Below are positions 45,509-54,838 of a stretch of 54,838 nt of DNA, in pieces. The DNA is from a virus (taxonomy: Duplodnaviria; Caudoviricetes): the IMG/VR virus record IMGVR_UViG_3300032285_003295, positions 1 through 54,838 of that record, one strand, 5' to 3'. A program made the position numbers and the translations under genes. Within the stretch, counting starts at the first letter, position 1. Each line of letters begins with the position of its first letter. The notes beneath the pieces are model-generated. The model was not told the DNA's origin, searched no databases, and was given only the letters and a program-made list of their open reading frames with translations.

Positions 45509-46093
45509 ATGAGCGAAAAAGATAAAGTAGTATCTTCAAACCAATGGTTTGATGTAATTGAAAGAAATGGTATTATTGGGGTTAAACCAAATTCTGATTC
45601 TGTTATTATACTTCCTTTTATATGTGACGATCAGGGATTACCCTTAATGATTGGTGTCCTAAAGGAGAGGAATCAATTCAGAGAAGGCGGATATTCGCTA
45701 AGTCTTATATCAGGAACTTGCGAAGATACAGATTCGAGTTTTTTAGAAACCGCCAAGAGAGAATTAAAGGAGGAATCAGGATTTACTGTTGATGATAATG
45801 ACAAATGGTTCTTTTTAGGAACAGTAACAGCTTCTAAGTTTGTTGATAATGAACACCCCTGTTTTGCAGTTAATGTAACAGGAATAGAGAAAGGAGAAGC
45901 AACAACAGACGGATCTGAGCATGAAAGACTTTCACAGTTTATGTTCATTCCAGCAAATGATGTAGTTAAATCTAAAGATGTTTTTATCCCGGCTTTATTT
46001 TTAAAGCTTTTTAAATATGTTGTTGGAATGGATCTCTATAATAGAGAGGATTCTGTTTTTGGCAAACCCAAGGGATTTACTAGTGAAATTTAA
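45509..46093 (+). CDS. Nudix hydrolase
   Basis: GTCEDTDSSFLETAKRELKEESGF Nudix box. Confidence 0.88.
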   Translation: MSEKDKVVSSNQWFDVIERNGIIGVKPNSDSVIILPFICDDQGLPLMIGVLKERNQFREGGYSLSLISGTCEDTDSSFLETAKRELKEESGFTVDDNDKWFFLGTVTASKFVDNEHPCFAVNVTGIEKGEATTDGSEHERLSQFMFIPANDVVKSKDVFIPALFLKLFKYVVGMDLYNREDSVFGKPKGFTSEI

Positions 46094-46105
46094 AATTGAA
46101 ATATA

Positions 46106-46408
46106 ATGGCTAGAAATTCTATGACGAAGAAGGAAGAGGCTAAGATGTTAAATGATCTAGGTCTTCCTACAGATTTTCTTAAAAAACAAGGCGACTTAGA
46201 CTCTAGAATTGAACAGGGTAAAAATAAGCACAGAACTTTTGTGCAGGAAATGAAAAATCAAGAAATCAAGGCAAAGCTATCAAAAAATCCTTTCTCTGTT
46301 GATAGACCAGAGATTTTTTTCTACCGAGGTCAAGAAAATTCTGAATATTCAAACCTTAGCTCCCTACTTATGAATAGGAAATGGGAGGACGATGAAAACG
46401 ACATGTAA
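46106..46408 (+). CDS. Hypothetical protein
   Basis: 100 aa ORF, operonic spacing. Confidence 0.65.
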   Translation: MARNSMTKKEEAKMLNDLGLPTDFLKKQGDLDSRIEQGKNKHRTFVQEMKNQEIKAKLSKNPFSVDRPEIFFYRGQENSEYSNLSSLLMNRKWEDDENDM

Positions 46409-46745
46409 ACCTGAAATGGGAAAAAATACCATTGCTAATATCTATATCTCCAAATACTCCCCCAAGGAGGCTAAAAAGAGGTCCTGTCTGGACTGTGATT
46501 TTTATATTGTAGACATCTCCAAAATTATAAGAGATCTGGGCTATGAAATAGACGATCTGACCAGTGAATCTGAGTTTATCCTTAATTACACCATTCGCAA
46601 GAAAATTATACATGGAATATATAGTACGAAGTGTGATAGCATACTCGTTTGCTATAGAAATGCAACCCCGGAATTTGTTGAAAATTTGGACAATTTCCTA
46701 GGAGAACTTTCCGGATCTGTCGAGTACACTATCCACGAATTGTAA
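46392..46745 (+). CDS. Hypothetical protein
   Basis: 117 aa ORF; start may be ATG 46416. Confidence 0.6.
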   Translation: MKTTCKPEMGKNTIANIYISKYSPKEAKKRSCLDCDFYIVDISKIIRDLGYEIDDLTSESEFILNYTIRKKIIHGIYSTKCDSILVCYRNATPEFVENLDNFLGELSGSVEYTIHEL

Positions 46746-46761
46746 AAATTAGGATAGTTTA

Positions 46762-48594
46762 ATGCCAGGATTTGATAGACCCTCTACGGGATTACTCCAG
46801 GAAGCTTTATTTCAGAGTAACGCAAATAGTATAGTTTCTAGATATAGCAATCTCGGGGCCAATAACCCAAACAAAGGTCCTACTGCTAGGTCCCTCTTCT
46901 ATGAGGCTGCTAAGAGAATTCCTAGCAAATATGGGCAGTTTCTATTTTACTCTTTAGGCAGTTATCAGAATGATTTTATAGACGCATACTACCGTTCAGA
47001 ATCTAGAGATTATAACCTCGCTGTTTCATCTTTGGCTTCTAAGAACCCATCTGCCGGATTTTTAGTAAGGGAAACACTGAATAATGAGATGGCTTCATCC
47101 AATGGTATTCTTGGTGGAATTCAGGCTTCATATACTGGTAATATAGTTGGTGGTCTCTCCGCTCCGTACTATTGGAAAGATTTTTTATATTGTAAATATT
47201 ACGGAACAATTCCTAATAACTATATGATTACTCTAAGGAGATTTCCAACACCTGTTTTAGATAACCTTAGCGTGCCTTCAGCTATTACAAGCTCAGAGTC
47301 TTACCATAAAGAGGGTGTTGGACGTCCTGTTGCCCAAGCAGTAACGTGGTACGGTGGTAACACATCAAATACCTTAAATACTCTCTTAACTTTTACAACC
47401 GGAATAGAGTGGGAATCTAAACCTCAAGATATAACCAAAACCCAACAGGCTTTCTCGCAAGGATTCTTCCAGGATGGTCCTATTAGTTTTTTAACACGAG
47501 CATTAGGCGCAGGATCCAATGGAACCGCTGATGGTGTGCTTGCACTCATAGATGGTACTGCAAATGCATCGGACGTTAGATCTGCAAATACAAATGCAAT
47601 TAGAGCCGCCAAACTTAGAGATAGAGCTAAAGATCCAAATGGTCTTGGATTGCTGAGCGAGTACATTTGGGTGCCTGTTGATTTTGTTAAGAGTACACAG
47701 ATAAGAGCACCGGGCTTGAGTTTCACTTGGTCTGACCTTAGTGTTGTTTTTGAATATGAGCTTTCTTCTGTTGGTGAAGTGAATACCAAAGCTGCTATGC
47801 TAGATATATTAGGTAATCTTTTATCAATAGGAACAAACTATGGCAATTTCCTAACCCCTGATATCAGATATGACTCCAGATTTCCACCCATTGGATTTCC
47901 CGGAGGCGACTCTGGACTTGAGATGTACTACAAAGATCCTCTAGGATGGATTATACAATACGCCGATGAAATCTCTGGAATTGCGAATTTTTCCGACGGA
48001 AAGGGAAGTAGCGGGGATAGTGGAGAATCGACAAGTACACTAGAATCAGTAAGAGCTAAATTAGCACAGCTTCTTAATGGAGGTGGATCCACTTCAGCTG
48101 ACCTTATTAAAATGGCTAAAGATTTGGGAAAGGAACTCGGAGCAGCTGGAGGAAGGCTTTTCAGGCAAGCTGTAACCGCGGAGTTTATTGAAAAATTTCA
48201 AGCCCCCATATCTTTGCTAACAGGAGCTCCTGTAGGCGAGTGGCATCTTACCATAGGAAATCCATGTAATCCTATAGCTATGATAGGAAATCTAGTTTGC
48301 ACAGGGGTGAGCATATCTTTTTCTGAAAAATTAGGACCTGATGATTTTCCCACCGGTATAAAAGCAACTTTCACTCTAAGACACGGAAGAGAAAGAGAAA
48401 GAGGTGAGATTGAAAGTATATTTAATAGGGGTGATGGAAGATTGTATCAATCTTCTCTTTCAACTTCTGCATCTTCTCAGTCATTTGCTTCTACTGCAGA
48501 TATCAACGGTCAGATATTAAGCGAGAATACCCCGACTAATTTCAATAACCAATCAGTCTGGACAAATGATATAGGAGCCCAAATACCAAGATAA
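46762..48594 (+). CDS. Putative baseplate/tail-tube junction protein
   Basis: First gene of baseplate block; tube-like segments (VFEYEL, WHLTIGNP...GNLVC..VSISFS...GPDDFP..IKATFTLRH); AATATATA at 46616. Confidence 0.45.
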   Translation: MPGFDRPSTGLLQEALFQSNANSIVSRYSNLGANNPNKGPTARSLFYEAAKRIPSKYGQFLFYSLGSYQNDFIDAYYRSESRDYNLAVSSLASKNPSAGFLVRETLNNEMASSNGILGGIQASYTGNIVGGLSAPYYWKDFLYCKYYGTIPNNYMITLRRFPTPVLDNLSVPSAITSSESYHKEGVGRPVAQAVTWYGGNTSNTLNTLLTFTTGIEWESKPQDITKTQQAFSQGFFQDGPISFLTRALGAGSNGTADGVLALIDGTANASDVRSANTNAIRAAKLRDRAKDPNGLGLLSEYIWVPVDFVKSTQIRAPGLSFTWSDLSVVFEYELSSVGEVNTKAAMLDILGNLLSIGTNYGNFLTPDIRYDSRFPPIGFPGGDSGLEMYYKDPLGWIIQYADEISGIANFSDGKGSSGDSGESTSTLESVRAKLAQLLNGGGSTSADLIKMAKDLGKELGAAGGRLFRQAVTAEFIEKFQAPISLLTGAPVGEWHLTIGNPCNPIAMIGNLVCTGVSISFSEKLGPDDFPTGIKATFTLRHGRERERGEIESIFNRGDGRLYQSSLSTSASSQSFASTADINGQILSENTPTNFNNQSVWTNDIGAQIPR

Positions 48595-48603
48595 TTTAAA
48601 CAA

Positions 48604-49191
48604 ATGGCACTACTAATAGACACAATATCGAAAAATAAATCAGTCTTCAATCCATCGCCGGATTTGAATTCATCAAGATATGGAATATGGGATTTAACAA
48701 AGGCTTCAGTCTCTTTTAATGGTGTTGATCCACAGATTAGTAGTTTTGCTATAGTTCCTGATTATTTTGCAATGAGACCTGATTTGGTGGCAACTCTTAA
48801 AATGGGTGATCAAAATAGAATGGGTGGTCTTTTAAAGTTCAACGGAATAAGCAATCCTTTTGCTGTGGCTCCTGGACAGATCTTAGCCATTCCCACTAAT
48901 CAAACGATTGATGAGATTTTTAGAGCTAAGAAAATAGATGAGCAGAAAGCTCCTGCCTCTAATACTAACACAAATCCTCTTCAGGCTTTCAAGAAAAATC
49001 AAGAGCAGAAGAAGTTTCAGGTTAGTCCTGGTAGAAAAAAATTCTTAGAGGACAAGATTAAAAACAAACCTGATTTAAGTTTGCCTCCTAACGTAGCACA
49101 GCCGAACGATAAACCCGTTCTCAAGAAAGAAGGATTTATTGTCTTTGCTCCTAACTCAGGTGGTGGAGGATTTAATGTACCAATTCAATAA
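48604..49191 (+). CDS. Baseplate wedge protein, LysM-like (T4 gp53-like)
   Basis: MRPDLVA...G...LLKFNGISNPF...GQILAIP. Confidence 0.7.
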   Translation: MALLIDTISKNKSVFNPSPDLNSSRYGIWDLTKASVSFNGVDPQISSFAIVPDYFAMRPDLVATLKMGDQNRMGGLLKFNGISNPFAVAPGQILAIPTNQTIDEIFRAKKIDEQKAPASNTNTNPLQAFKKNQEQKKFQVSPGRKKFLEDKIKNKPDLSLPPNVAQPNDKPVLKKEGFIVFAPNSGGGGFNVPIQ

Positions 49192-49199
49192 TCTGATCT

Positions 49200-50759
49200 A
49201 TGGCAATTGATAAAATACAAATAGTTTCTTCTGCTTTAAATAACATTAAACTTGATGAACTAGTTCAGGTTGATAGAGCTAATGGTTCTTCTGATGTTGA
49301 AACACTTAGGGATAAGGGGGAAACGAGTGAAAAATCTACTGGTCTTTACGTTCCTTTTATTGTTGTAAATGGCTATAATATTACTAAATATTTAACTAAA
49401 TTTTATTTAGACCTTAGTGGGTTTCTTCCCACCGTTAGATTTTCTTTTATAGCGGCAGAGAGTGTTTTCATTTCTGTTAACTACCCAAAAGATGGCGATA
49501 TAGTTTCTGTTTATCTTAGAGCACCTGGTGATTTTTACAAACCATTCCGAATGGATTTTAATGTACTTAGCGTAGCTAGTGAGCCAACCAGTAGATACGC
49601 AGAAGGAGGTGTAGATCATAAAGCTAAAGGAATTAATTTAAGATTCACGATAACTGGGGAATGTAGAATTCCTGGTCTATATACGCAAAGGATTAAATCA
49701 TTCAGCAACCTGTCCTCGAATGATTGCTTGCTGGAGGTTTCACAAGATCTCAATTTAGGATTTGCCTCTAACGAAAAGACAACAGATGATAAAATGACAT
49801 GGATTTGTCCATCTTACTCCTATTATGACTTTATTCAGGAAGTTGCTATCAGAGCTTATAAGGATGATCATTCAAGCTTCTTCGATTGCTGGATAGATTC
49901 ATATTACACTTTAAATTTTGTGAATCTGGGTAACCAATTTTCATATACCAAATCACCTGATCAGAAGGCGGTCTTCCTTCCTGGAAACAGCCAAGCAGGT
50001 CTTAGCGTTAGTAATGCGATACCAGGAACACCCGACACCGACCCTGTAGAAATGTCACTATTGATAACAAATCTAACTGGATATGGTACAGTACCATATT
50101 TTCCAATCGGATATACTCTAACATCAAGAGCGGGGAATAACACTAATAGGATGGGGTACGTTAACGAGATTGGATTTTACGATGAAACATCAGATAAAAA
50201 AGATCCATCCCAAAAATATGTAAAGTATGACGTAGAGACTCAAACTCCTGAAAGTGTTTCAACAGGTATGATACTTCAGAAAGGAAGAGCTAGAGAAAAC
50301 AACTACAAGGACGAGAAGAGAATAGAATGGCACGGAGTTTTAAACACGAGAACATCGGATACCTCCGGGGGAGTTCACGAAAACTTTCTTCATGCTAAAG
50401 TTCAAAATCTAATCAATGTAAATGATGTTACTAAGATGACCCTAGAAGTTGAGCTTATGAATTATTTTCCTGGGATCTATAGAGGACAAGTTCTTCCTGT
50501 CCAACTCTATGCTTTTGATAACGATGTGAGAGCTCAGAATGTTGGAGCTCAGGGAAACAAGCAGACCAACACTAGCGGACAGCCAACGCTTGATGTTTTT
50601 CTTTCTGGAAATTACGTGGTAATGGGAATGAGCGTTTATTGGAGCTATGGAGGAGTAATGAGGCAGAGTTTAACTCTCGCTAAAAGAGAATGGACCGCTA
50701 ATTCATCCGGATCTCTTCCGAAAGCTTTCCCCGTTTCTTTAACCAAGGGGATATTCTAA
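49200..50759 (+). CDS. Baseplate hub protein (gp27/GpD-like)
   Basis: 519 aa between gp53-like and gp5-like genes; C-terminal LSGNYVVMGM...QSLTLAKREW typical of hubs. Confidence 0.55.
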   Translation: MAIDKIQIVSSALNNIKLDELVQVDRANGSSDVETLRDKGETSEKSTGLYVPFIVVNGYNITKYLTKFYLDLSGFLPTVRFSFIAAESVFISVNYPKDGDIVSVYLRAPGDFYKPFRMDFNVLSVASEPTSRYAEGGVDHKAKGINLRFTITGECRIPGLYTQRIKSFSNLSSNDCLLEVSQDLNLGFASNEKTTDDKMTWICPSYSYYDFIQEVAIRAYKDDHSSFFDCWIDSYYTLNFVNLGNQFSYTKSPDQKAVFLPGNSQAGLSVSNAIPGTPDTDPVEMSLLITNLTGYGTVPYFPIGYTLTSRAGNNTNRMGYVNEIGFYDETSDKKDPSQKYVKYDVETQTPESVSTGMILQKGRARENNYKDEKRIEWHGVLNTRTSDTSGGVHENFLHAKVQNLINVNDVTKMTLEVELMNYFPGIYRGQVLPVQLYAFDNDVRAQNVGAQGNKQTNTSGQPTLDVFLSGNYVVMGMSVYWSYGGVMRQSLTLAKREWTANSSGSLPKAFPVSLTKGIF

Positions 50760-50763
50760 AAGA

Positions 50764-50771
50764 GATAAATA
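50764..50771 (+). promoter_or_regulatory. Late-class promoter GATAAATA
   Basis: AGATAAATATAATAA, identical to the context at 498-512. Confidence 0.6.
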
Positions 50772-50785
50772 TAATAAATTTTTAA

Positions 50786-53194
50786 ATGGGATTAGGAGCA
50801 ACAGATCAGCAAAGGAGTCTCTTCCTAAAGGGATTTAAACTTTCCAAACAAGGAAACTTCGAGGATCCAACTTATCTTGGGTTTAAGGTTGTTTTTGATT
50901 TTGGAACTCTCCCACTTGGTACTGAGGATGGATTACCCCCTAGCCCTCTTTTAAAGCAACAGAATTACGCCTCCGATACCGGATTTAACACTTTAGTTGG
51001 TACCAATCCATTCGGACAGGCCCAGTATGATTACAAGAAGCCAAATCCTGACGGTCCTGTTGCTTTCTACTCTGCAGCCGGGTATTTAAGGGAAAGAGAA
51101 GCACAATATGCTCTAGGCGGAAAAAGAGCAGATATGCTTCTTCAATTTCAAAACACCCTTAAAGATGTAGTGAACAATTCCCCTTGGTTTTTTCAATCAA
51201 TTACCGGACTTGACGCTCTGTCAAAAGTTGCAAGAGGCGATTATCCTGATACTTCAGACTCAACTTTCAGTCCACAGAGAACACAGGGAAAGGTTTTAGA
51301 GTTTAAAACACTTGAAGCTCTGAATCTGAGAATGACAGCTTTAGCAACTTTGTACAACCAGGCAACTTTTGATTATGATAACATGCGTGAACTTGTTCCT
51401 AGGAATTTAAGAAGATTCACAATGTATATTTTTGTTTCGGAGATCAGAAATTTCTTTAAAACATCGAGACTTGTTGGTGCATCAACTGCTTTACAAACAA
51501 TAGATAACCTATCAGCAATGTTAGGCTCTGGAAATAATCCAGGATCTAATATAGGGGTAGCATCAACTGTGGCTGGTGAACAGAATAAGGAATATAGTTC
51601 TGAAAGTTCAAACACAAATCCTGCGAGTGGATTTAACTCATTTGTTGGGAATGTTCTAAACCAATCCGGATTGGATAACGATTTCTCTCTTTTAAGAAAT
51701 CAGCAAGATCAATCTGGTATTAAACCTGTTATAGTATTCGAATGTAAAAATTGTGAATTTGATTTTTCAGACAGCACACCAATTCAAAACACAATCTCCC
51801 AGGGTTCCGAAACCCCTTCCATAACAACACAAGGATTTAAGATCCATGTTGGCAAGGTGAGAATGAGGTCTCAGTTTCCTAATATCAGACAGGACGGTAA
51901 ACCACTAATACTTGCAGATAGTTGGGATGGAGCAAGATCCTCTGTTCAGGCTAATCCCAGAAGTACTGATGATATATTATCGATTGGTGGGGAACTTCTA
52001 ACAAACTTTATCAGCAACTCTTTAAATGATCTGATCAACGAGGGTGTATCAAATCTTACCAATAATATAAAAGGAATAGATCAAGCTATTTTGGGTAATG
52101 CTTATAGCTTTAATCCAAGTCAGGTTCTAAGTAATCTCTCATATAATAGCGCTCAGAGTTTTCTGGATGGTCTAGGTAATGTGAATATAAGCGCAGGTAA
52201 AGCAAATCTACCTAATCCGCAAACCGCTGGATTAGGAGGACCTCCTCAGAGAGTTTATACACAGCCTAAGGGAGACGCTTATGTTAAAGTTCCAGGTAGC
52301 GATCTCGGTGTTCCTCAAAGGGTTTATCCTGCACCGAGTGGAGATGCTTATGCGGAAGTTCCAGGAACTGATCTTGGTGTTCCTCAGAGGGTTTATAATG
52401 CTCCTAATGGGGATGCCTATGATCAAGTTCCAGGAGCAGATCTTGGTGTTCCTCAGAGAGTTTACGCTCAGCCAAACGGTGACGCATACGCGGATGTTCC
52501 GGGAGCAGATCTTGGCGTTCCCCAGAGGGTTTATCCAGCTCCAACTGGAGATGAGTACGCACAAGTTCCAGGTAGTGATTTAGGTGTTCCCCAAAGAGTT
52601 TATCCTGGTATAGCTGATGATGTTTATGCTAAAGTACCTGGCGAAGATTTGGGTGTTCCTCAAAGAGTTTATCCTGGGATAGCTGATGATGTTTACAATA
52701 AAGTTCCAGGTGAGGATCTAGGAGTACCGCAAAGAGCTTATAAAGGAGTGAAGGATGATGTTTACAAGAAAGTTCCAGGCGAAGATTTAGGAGTGCCTGA
52801 AAGAAAATATCCTCCGAGTCAGGGAAAGGTCTACTCTGAAAAGGATCTTAAGTCACATCCAGCAGCAGAGAATTTTCAAAAGGTTTACCCCGAACATCAA
52901 TCAGCAGATGGAATGAAGCTTGATTCCAAAAGTGTTTATCCAGAATCTCAGAAAGTCAATGTCAACGGAGAGGTTAGAGATTCGTCTAATGCGTTCTCTC
53001 AAAAGCCAACCCCCGTTTATCCGGTGGACCTTTTGAGTCAAAGTAAATCTAGAGGTGATATTGGGAAAGTTTATCCAACAACTAATGGTGATTTTATTGT
53101 GGAAAAACCTCTAAATCTTGGAAATCTGAAGCCTCCAGATAAGTATAATATAAGTGTAGGAGGATTTAATACACCTCAATCTAATTTTAAATAA
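50786..53194 (+). CDS. Baseplate/tail structural protein with 21-aa repeat region
   Basis: 802 aa in baseplate block; N-terminal EDPTYLGF...PWFFQSITGLD...VPRNLRRF.M.I.V.E domain, possibly tube-like. Confidence 0.6.
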   Translation: MGLGATDQQRSLFLKGFKLSKQGNFEDPTYLGFKVVFDFGTLPLGTEDGLPPSPLLKQQNYASDTGFNTLVGTNPFGQAQYDYKKPNPDGPVAFYSAAGYLREREAQYALGGKRADMLLQFQNTLKDVVNNSPWFFQSITGLDALSKVARGDYPDTSDSTFSPQRTQGKVLEFKTLEALNLRMTALATLYNQATFDYDNMRELVPRNLRRFTMYIFVSEIRNFFKTSRLVGASTALQTIDNLSAMLGSGNNPGSNIGVASTVAGEQNKEYSSESSNTNPASGFNSFVGNVLNQSGLDNDFSLLRNQQDQSGIKPVIVFECKNCEFDFSDSTPIQNTISQGSETPSITTQGFKIHVGKVRMRSQFPNIRQDGKPLILADSWDGARSSVQANPRSTDDILSIGGELLTNFISNSLNDLINEGVSNLTNNIKGIDQAILGNAYSFNPSQVLSNLSYNSAQSFLDGLGNVNISAGKANLPNPQTAGLGGPPQRVYTQPKGDAYVKVPGSDLGVPQRVYPAPSGDAYAEVPGTDLGVPQRVYNAPNGDAYDQVPGADLGVPQRVYAQPNGDAYADVPGADLGVPQRVYPAPTGDEYAQVPGSDLGVPQRVYPGIADDVYAKVPGEDLGVPQRVYPGIADDVYNKVPGEDLGVPQRAYKGVKDDVYKKVPGEDLGVPERKYPPSQGKVYSEKDLKSHPAAENFQKVYPEHQSADGMKLDSKSVYPESQKVNVNGEVRDSSNAFSQKPTPVYPVDLLSQSKSRGDIGKVYPTTNGDFIVEKPLNLGNLKPPDKYNISVGGFNTPQSNFK
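52229..52810 (+). repeat. About 9 x 63-bp (21-aa) tandem repeat, consensus DLGVPQRVYPAPxGDAYAxVPGx-like
   Basis: 8 DLGVP units plus a leading GLGGPPQRVY; synonymous divergence between copies. Confidence 0.95.
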
Positions 53195-53196
53195 CC

Positions 53197-53898
53197 ATGC
53201 CAAGTGAAAAAACGTACCTTGGTAAAGTGGTAGATAATAAAGATCCCCTTTATCAAGGAAGAGCAAAAATAGAAGTGTTTGGAGTTTTAGATAAAATTCC
53301 GGTTGAAGATCTTCCATGGGCCGAACAAATATCAGGTCTTTCTTTTGGTGGAACATTTGGAAGTGGAAACCTTTCCATTCCCAGAATAGGTACTGTTGTG
53401 GGGGTTCATTTCGAGGAGAGCAATTACTATAAGATGAACTTCCAATCCATCAAAGAGATATCTGAGGACTTGCTTAAGGAGCTCAAGGAGGAGAATTCGT
53501 ACGAAGGCACACAAGCTTTAATCTATGACTCTGAAGCTCAGCCAGGCACGCTTAAAATGATCTATACGAGGAAAAATGGACTTGTATTCCAGCTTGGTGA
53601 TGCTACTATACAATTAGACACACAGAATGGAGGAACTGACAAGGAGAAGCTCAGGGTTAAGATAAAAATGAATGATGATGAGTTCAGGATGGAGAAGAGC
53701 GGGGGAAAACAAAAGGTTATTATAAAATCTCAAAATATAGAGTTAGGTGAAGGTGCAGTTGAAAAAGTAATATTTGGAAATAAATTTTTACAACTGTATA
53801 ATCAACATACACATCCGACAGGAGTTGGTCCTTCTGGTGTCCCAGTTGTTCCGATGGTTGATCAACAGCACTTAAGTCAAGTATCTAAAACTAAATAA
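53197..53898 (+). CDS. Baseplate central spike (gp5/gpV-like OB fold, no lysozyme domain)
   Basis: YLGKVVDNKDPLYQGRAKI...LPWA...IPRIG..V.V.F; C-terminal HTH (HxH) metal-binding tip. Confidence 0.85.
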   Translation: MPSEKTYLGKVVDNKDPLYQGRAKIEVFGVLDKIPVEDLPWAEQISGLSFGGTFGSGNLSIPRIGTVVGVHFEESNYYKMNFQSIKEISEDLLKELKEENSYEGTQALIYDSEAQPGTLKMIYTRKNGLVFQLGDATIQLDTQNGGTDKEKLRVKIKMNDDEFRMEKSGGKQKVIIKSQNIELGEGAVEKVIFGNKFLQLYNQHTHPTGVGPSGVPVVPMVDQQHLSQVSKTK

Positions 53899-53900
53899 CT

Positions 53901-54838
53901 ATGCCAGCGAAGTGGGACAATTTCATAGATGCTGTTGCAACCAAACTTGCTAGCCAGACAATAAAGAGCAATCAGGAGCTAGCAGATCTTATAGCGGATC
54001 AATACTATCTTGCAACTGTGGGGAAGGCACAGAATCCCTTCGGTGATTTCCACCAGGCGGGAAATAAACAAAAAATATCTCAGGCTTTTAAGGAAGGATT
54101 TGATAAACTTTTTAATGGACCACATCCAACATTCTCTGAAAAGGAGACGAATCCTTTATTTAGAGATCTTACCGGGGATCTTCCTTCAGCTCCAGCTAGC
54201 GACTATGACACGGTAGCTGAATTTCTTAAGTGGGCGAATAAGAATTCTAGCACAACCCCAAATTACACTTACTTTCAGCTATTCGAGGATTATAAGAACT
54301 ATCCGAAAAACATGAAAGATGCTATCCCCTTTTTAGCTAAGAGACTCCTTTTCATGCATGAGAACACGGAGCAATTTAGGGATTGGACAGAATCTTTAGC
54401 ATATGGGCCATATTCAGGTATAGGAAAAAAAGTTTATGATCTTTATTATAATGAAGTTACCTACGGTAATCCTATACCAAAAAATGGAGCTTATGTTAGA
54501 GGGGTCGCTTTGCATAACAATGCTAATCCTGGATTAAACTCAAGGAATTCAACTTATGCAGATCGCGGGGATTATAACTATTCTTTTGGTAGAGTTTCGG
54601 CTGATTCTATAAACCTAGATTCTAAGTACACCTCATGGGACTATAGAGCTAAACCTGAAACCATAGAGGGCAGACTTATTATTAAAAACTATAATAAGTC
54701 ATCTGCTGAGTATTATAAACCACAATATGGTTGGTTCGGAAAGCAGCTTCCATATGACCCTAAGACATATGATCCCAAATATGATCAATATTATTATTTC
54801 ATTCAGTATGTTCAGAATGGCGCCAGAGTAAATAGGGA
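53901..54838 (+). CDS. Probable virion protein, 3' truncated by window (absent from ORF track)
   Basis: ATG 2 nt after the spike stop; MPAKWDNFIDAVATKLASQTIKSNQELADLIADQY... stays open to the window end. Confidence 0.8.
   Translation, partial: MPAKWDNFIDAVATKLASQTIKSNQELADLIADQYYLATVGKAQNPFGDFHQAGNKQKISQAFKEGFDKLFNGPHPTFSEKETNPLFRDLTGDLPSAPASDYDTVAEFLKWANKNSSTTPNYTYFQLFEDYKNYPKNMKDAIPFLAKRLLFMHENTEQFRDWTESLAYGPYSGIGKKVYDLYYNEVTYGNPIPKNGAYVRGVALHNNANPGLNSRNSTYADRGDYNYSFGRVSADSINLDSKYTSWDYRAKPETIEGRLIIKNYNKSSAEYYKPQYGWFGKQLPYDPKTYDPKYDQYYYFIQYVQNGARVNR

Noticed and set aside
52229-52810. 63-bp periodic array as a CRISPR array or DGR repeat
   Set aside because: Protein-coding tandem repeat; no adenine-specific variation pattern noticed and no reverse transcriptase or cas genes in the window
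54010-54216. 68-aa ORF in the track
   Set aside because: Out-of-frame overlap with the longer 53901 gene
1-54838. Stop-codon reassignment as in some Bacteroidota megaphages
   Set aside because: Genes are full-length in the standard code, and TAG (e.g. 7316, 21328) and TGA (e.g. 10208, 13978) end genes at sensible boundaries
1-54838. tRNA, rRNA, introns, inteins or transposases
   Set aside because: Intergenic gaps are short and explained by promoters and terminators; core genes have normal lengths; none recognised by eye

Overview
About 55 kb from a large T4-like (Tevenvirinae-related, myovirus-type, probably jumbo) phage genome. It is gene-dense, almost all on the + strand, and uses the standard genetic code. 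Virion genes: tail sheath 3' end, two tandem tail tubes, a gp26/gp51-like pair, a gp29-like tape-measure candidate, gp4/gp2-like head completion genes, TWO tandem full-length portal (gp20) paralogs, a prohead protease fused to a 14-aa-repeat scaffold, the major capsid protein, a family of probable capsid-internal proteins and a baseplate block. These are interleaved with DNA-metabolism genes: ligase, clamp loader, RNase H, dCMP deaminase, kinases, nucleases, Nudix, AsnB-like amidotransferase, heptose kinase and a 2OG-Fe(II) oxygenase. TAnnTTTG promoters and A-rich leaders without Shine-Dalgarno sites point to a Bacteroidota host (inference). The strongest non-obvious signals are: (1) three promoter classes whose positions suggest a host sigma -> phage ECF sigma -> gp55 late sigma cascade; (2) two candidate programmed frameshifts (-1 at an A9 run at 12853-12861, +1 at a prfB-like CTT-TGA at 2829-2834); (3) a scaffold gene nested in-frame in the protease gene with its own promoter; (4) duplicated portals; (5) a shared T4-CTS-like capsid-targeting and cleavage peptide on about ten proteins, including a nucleotidyltransferase. 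All calls come from motif recognition by eye; no database searches were run.
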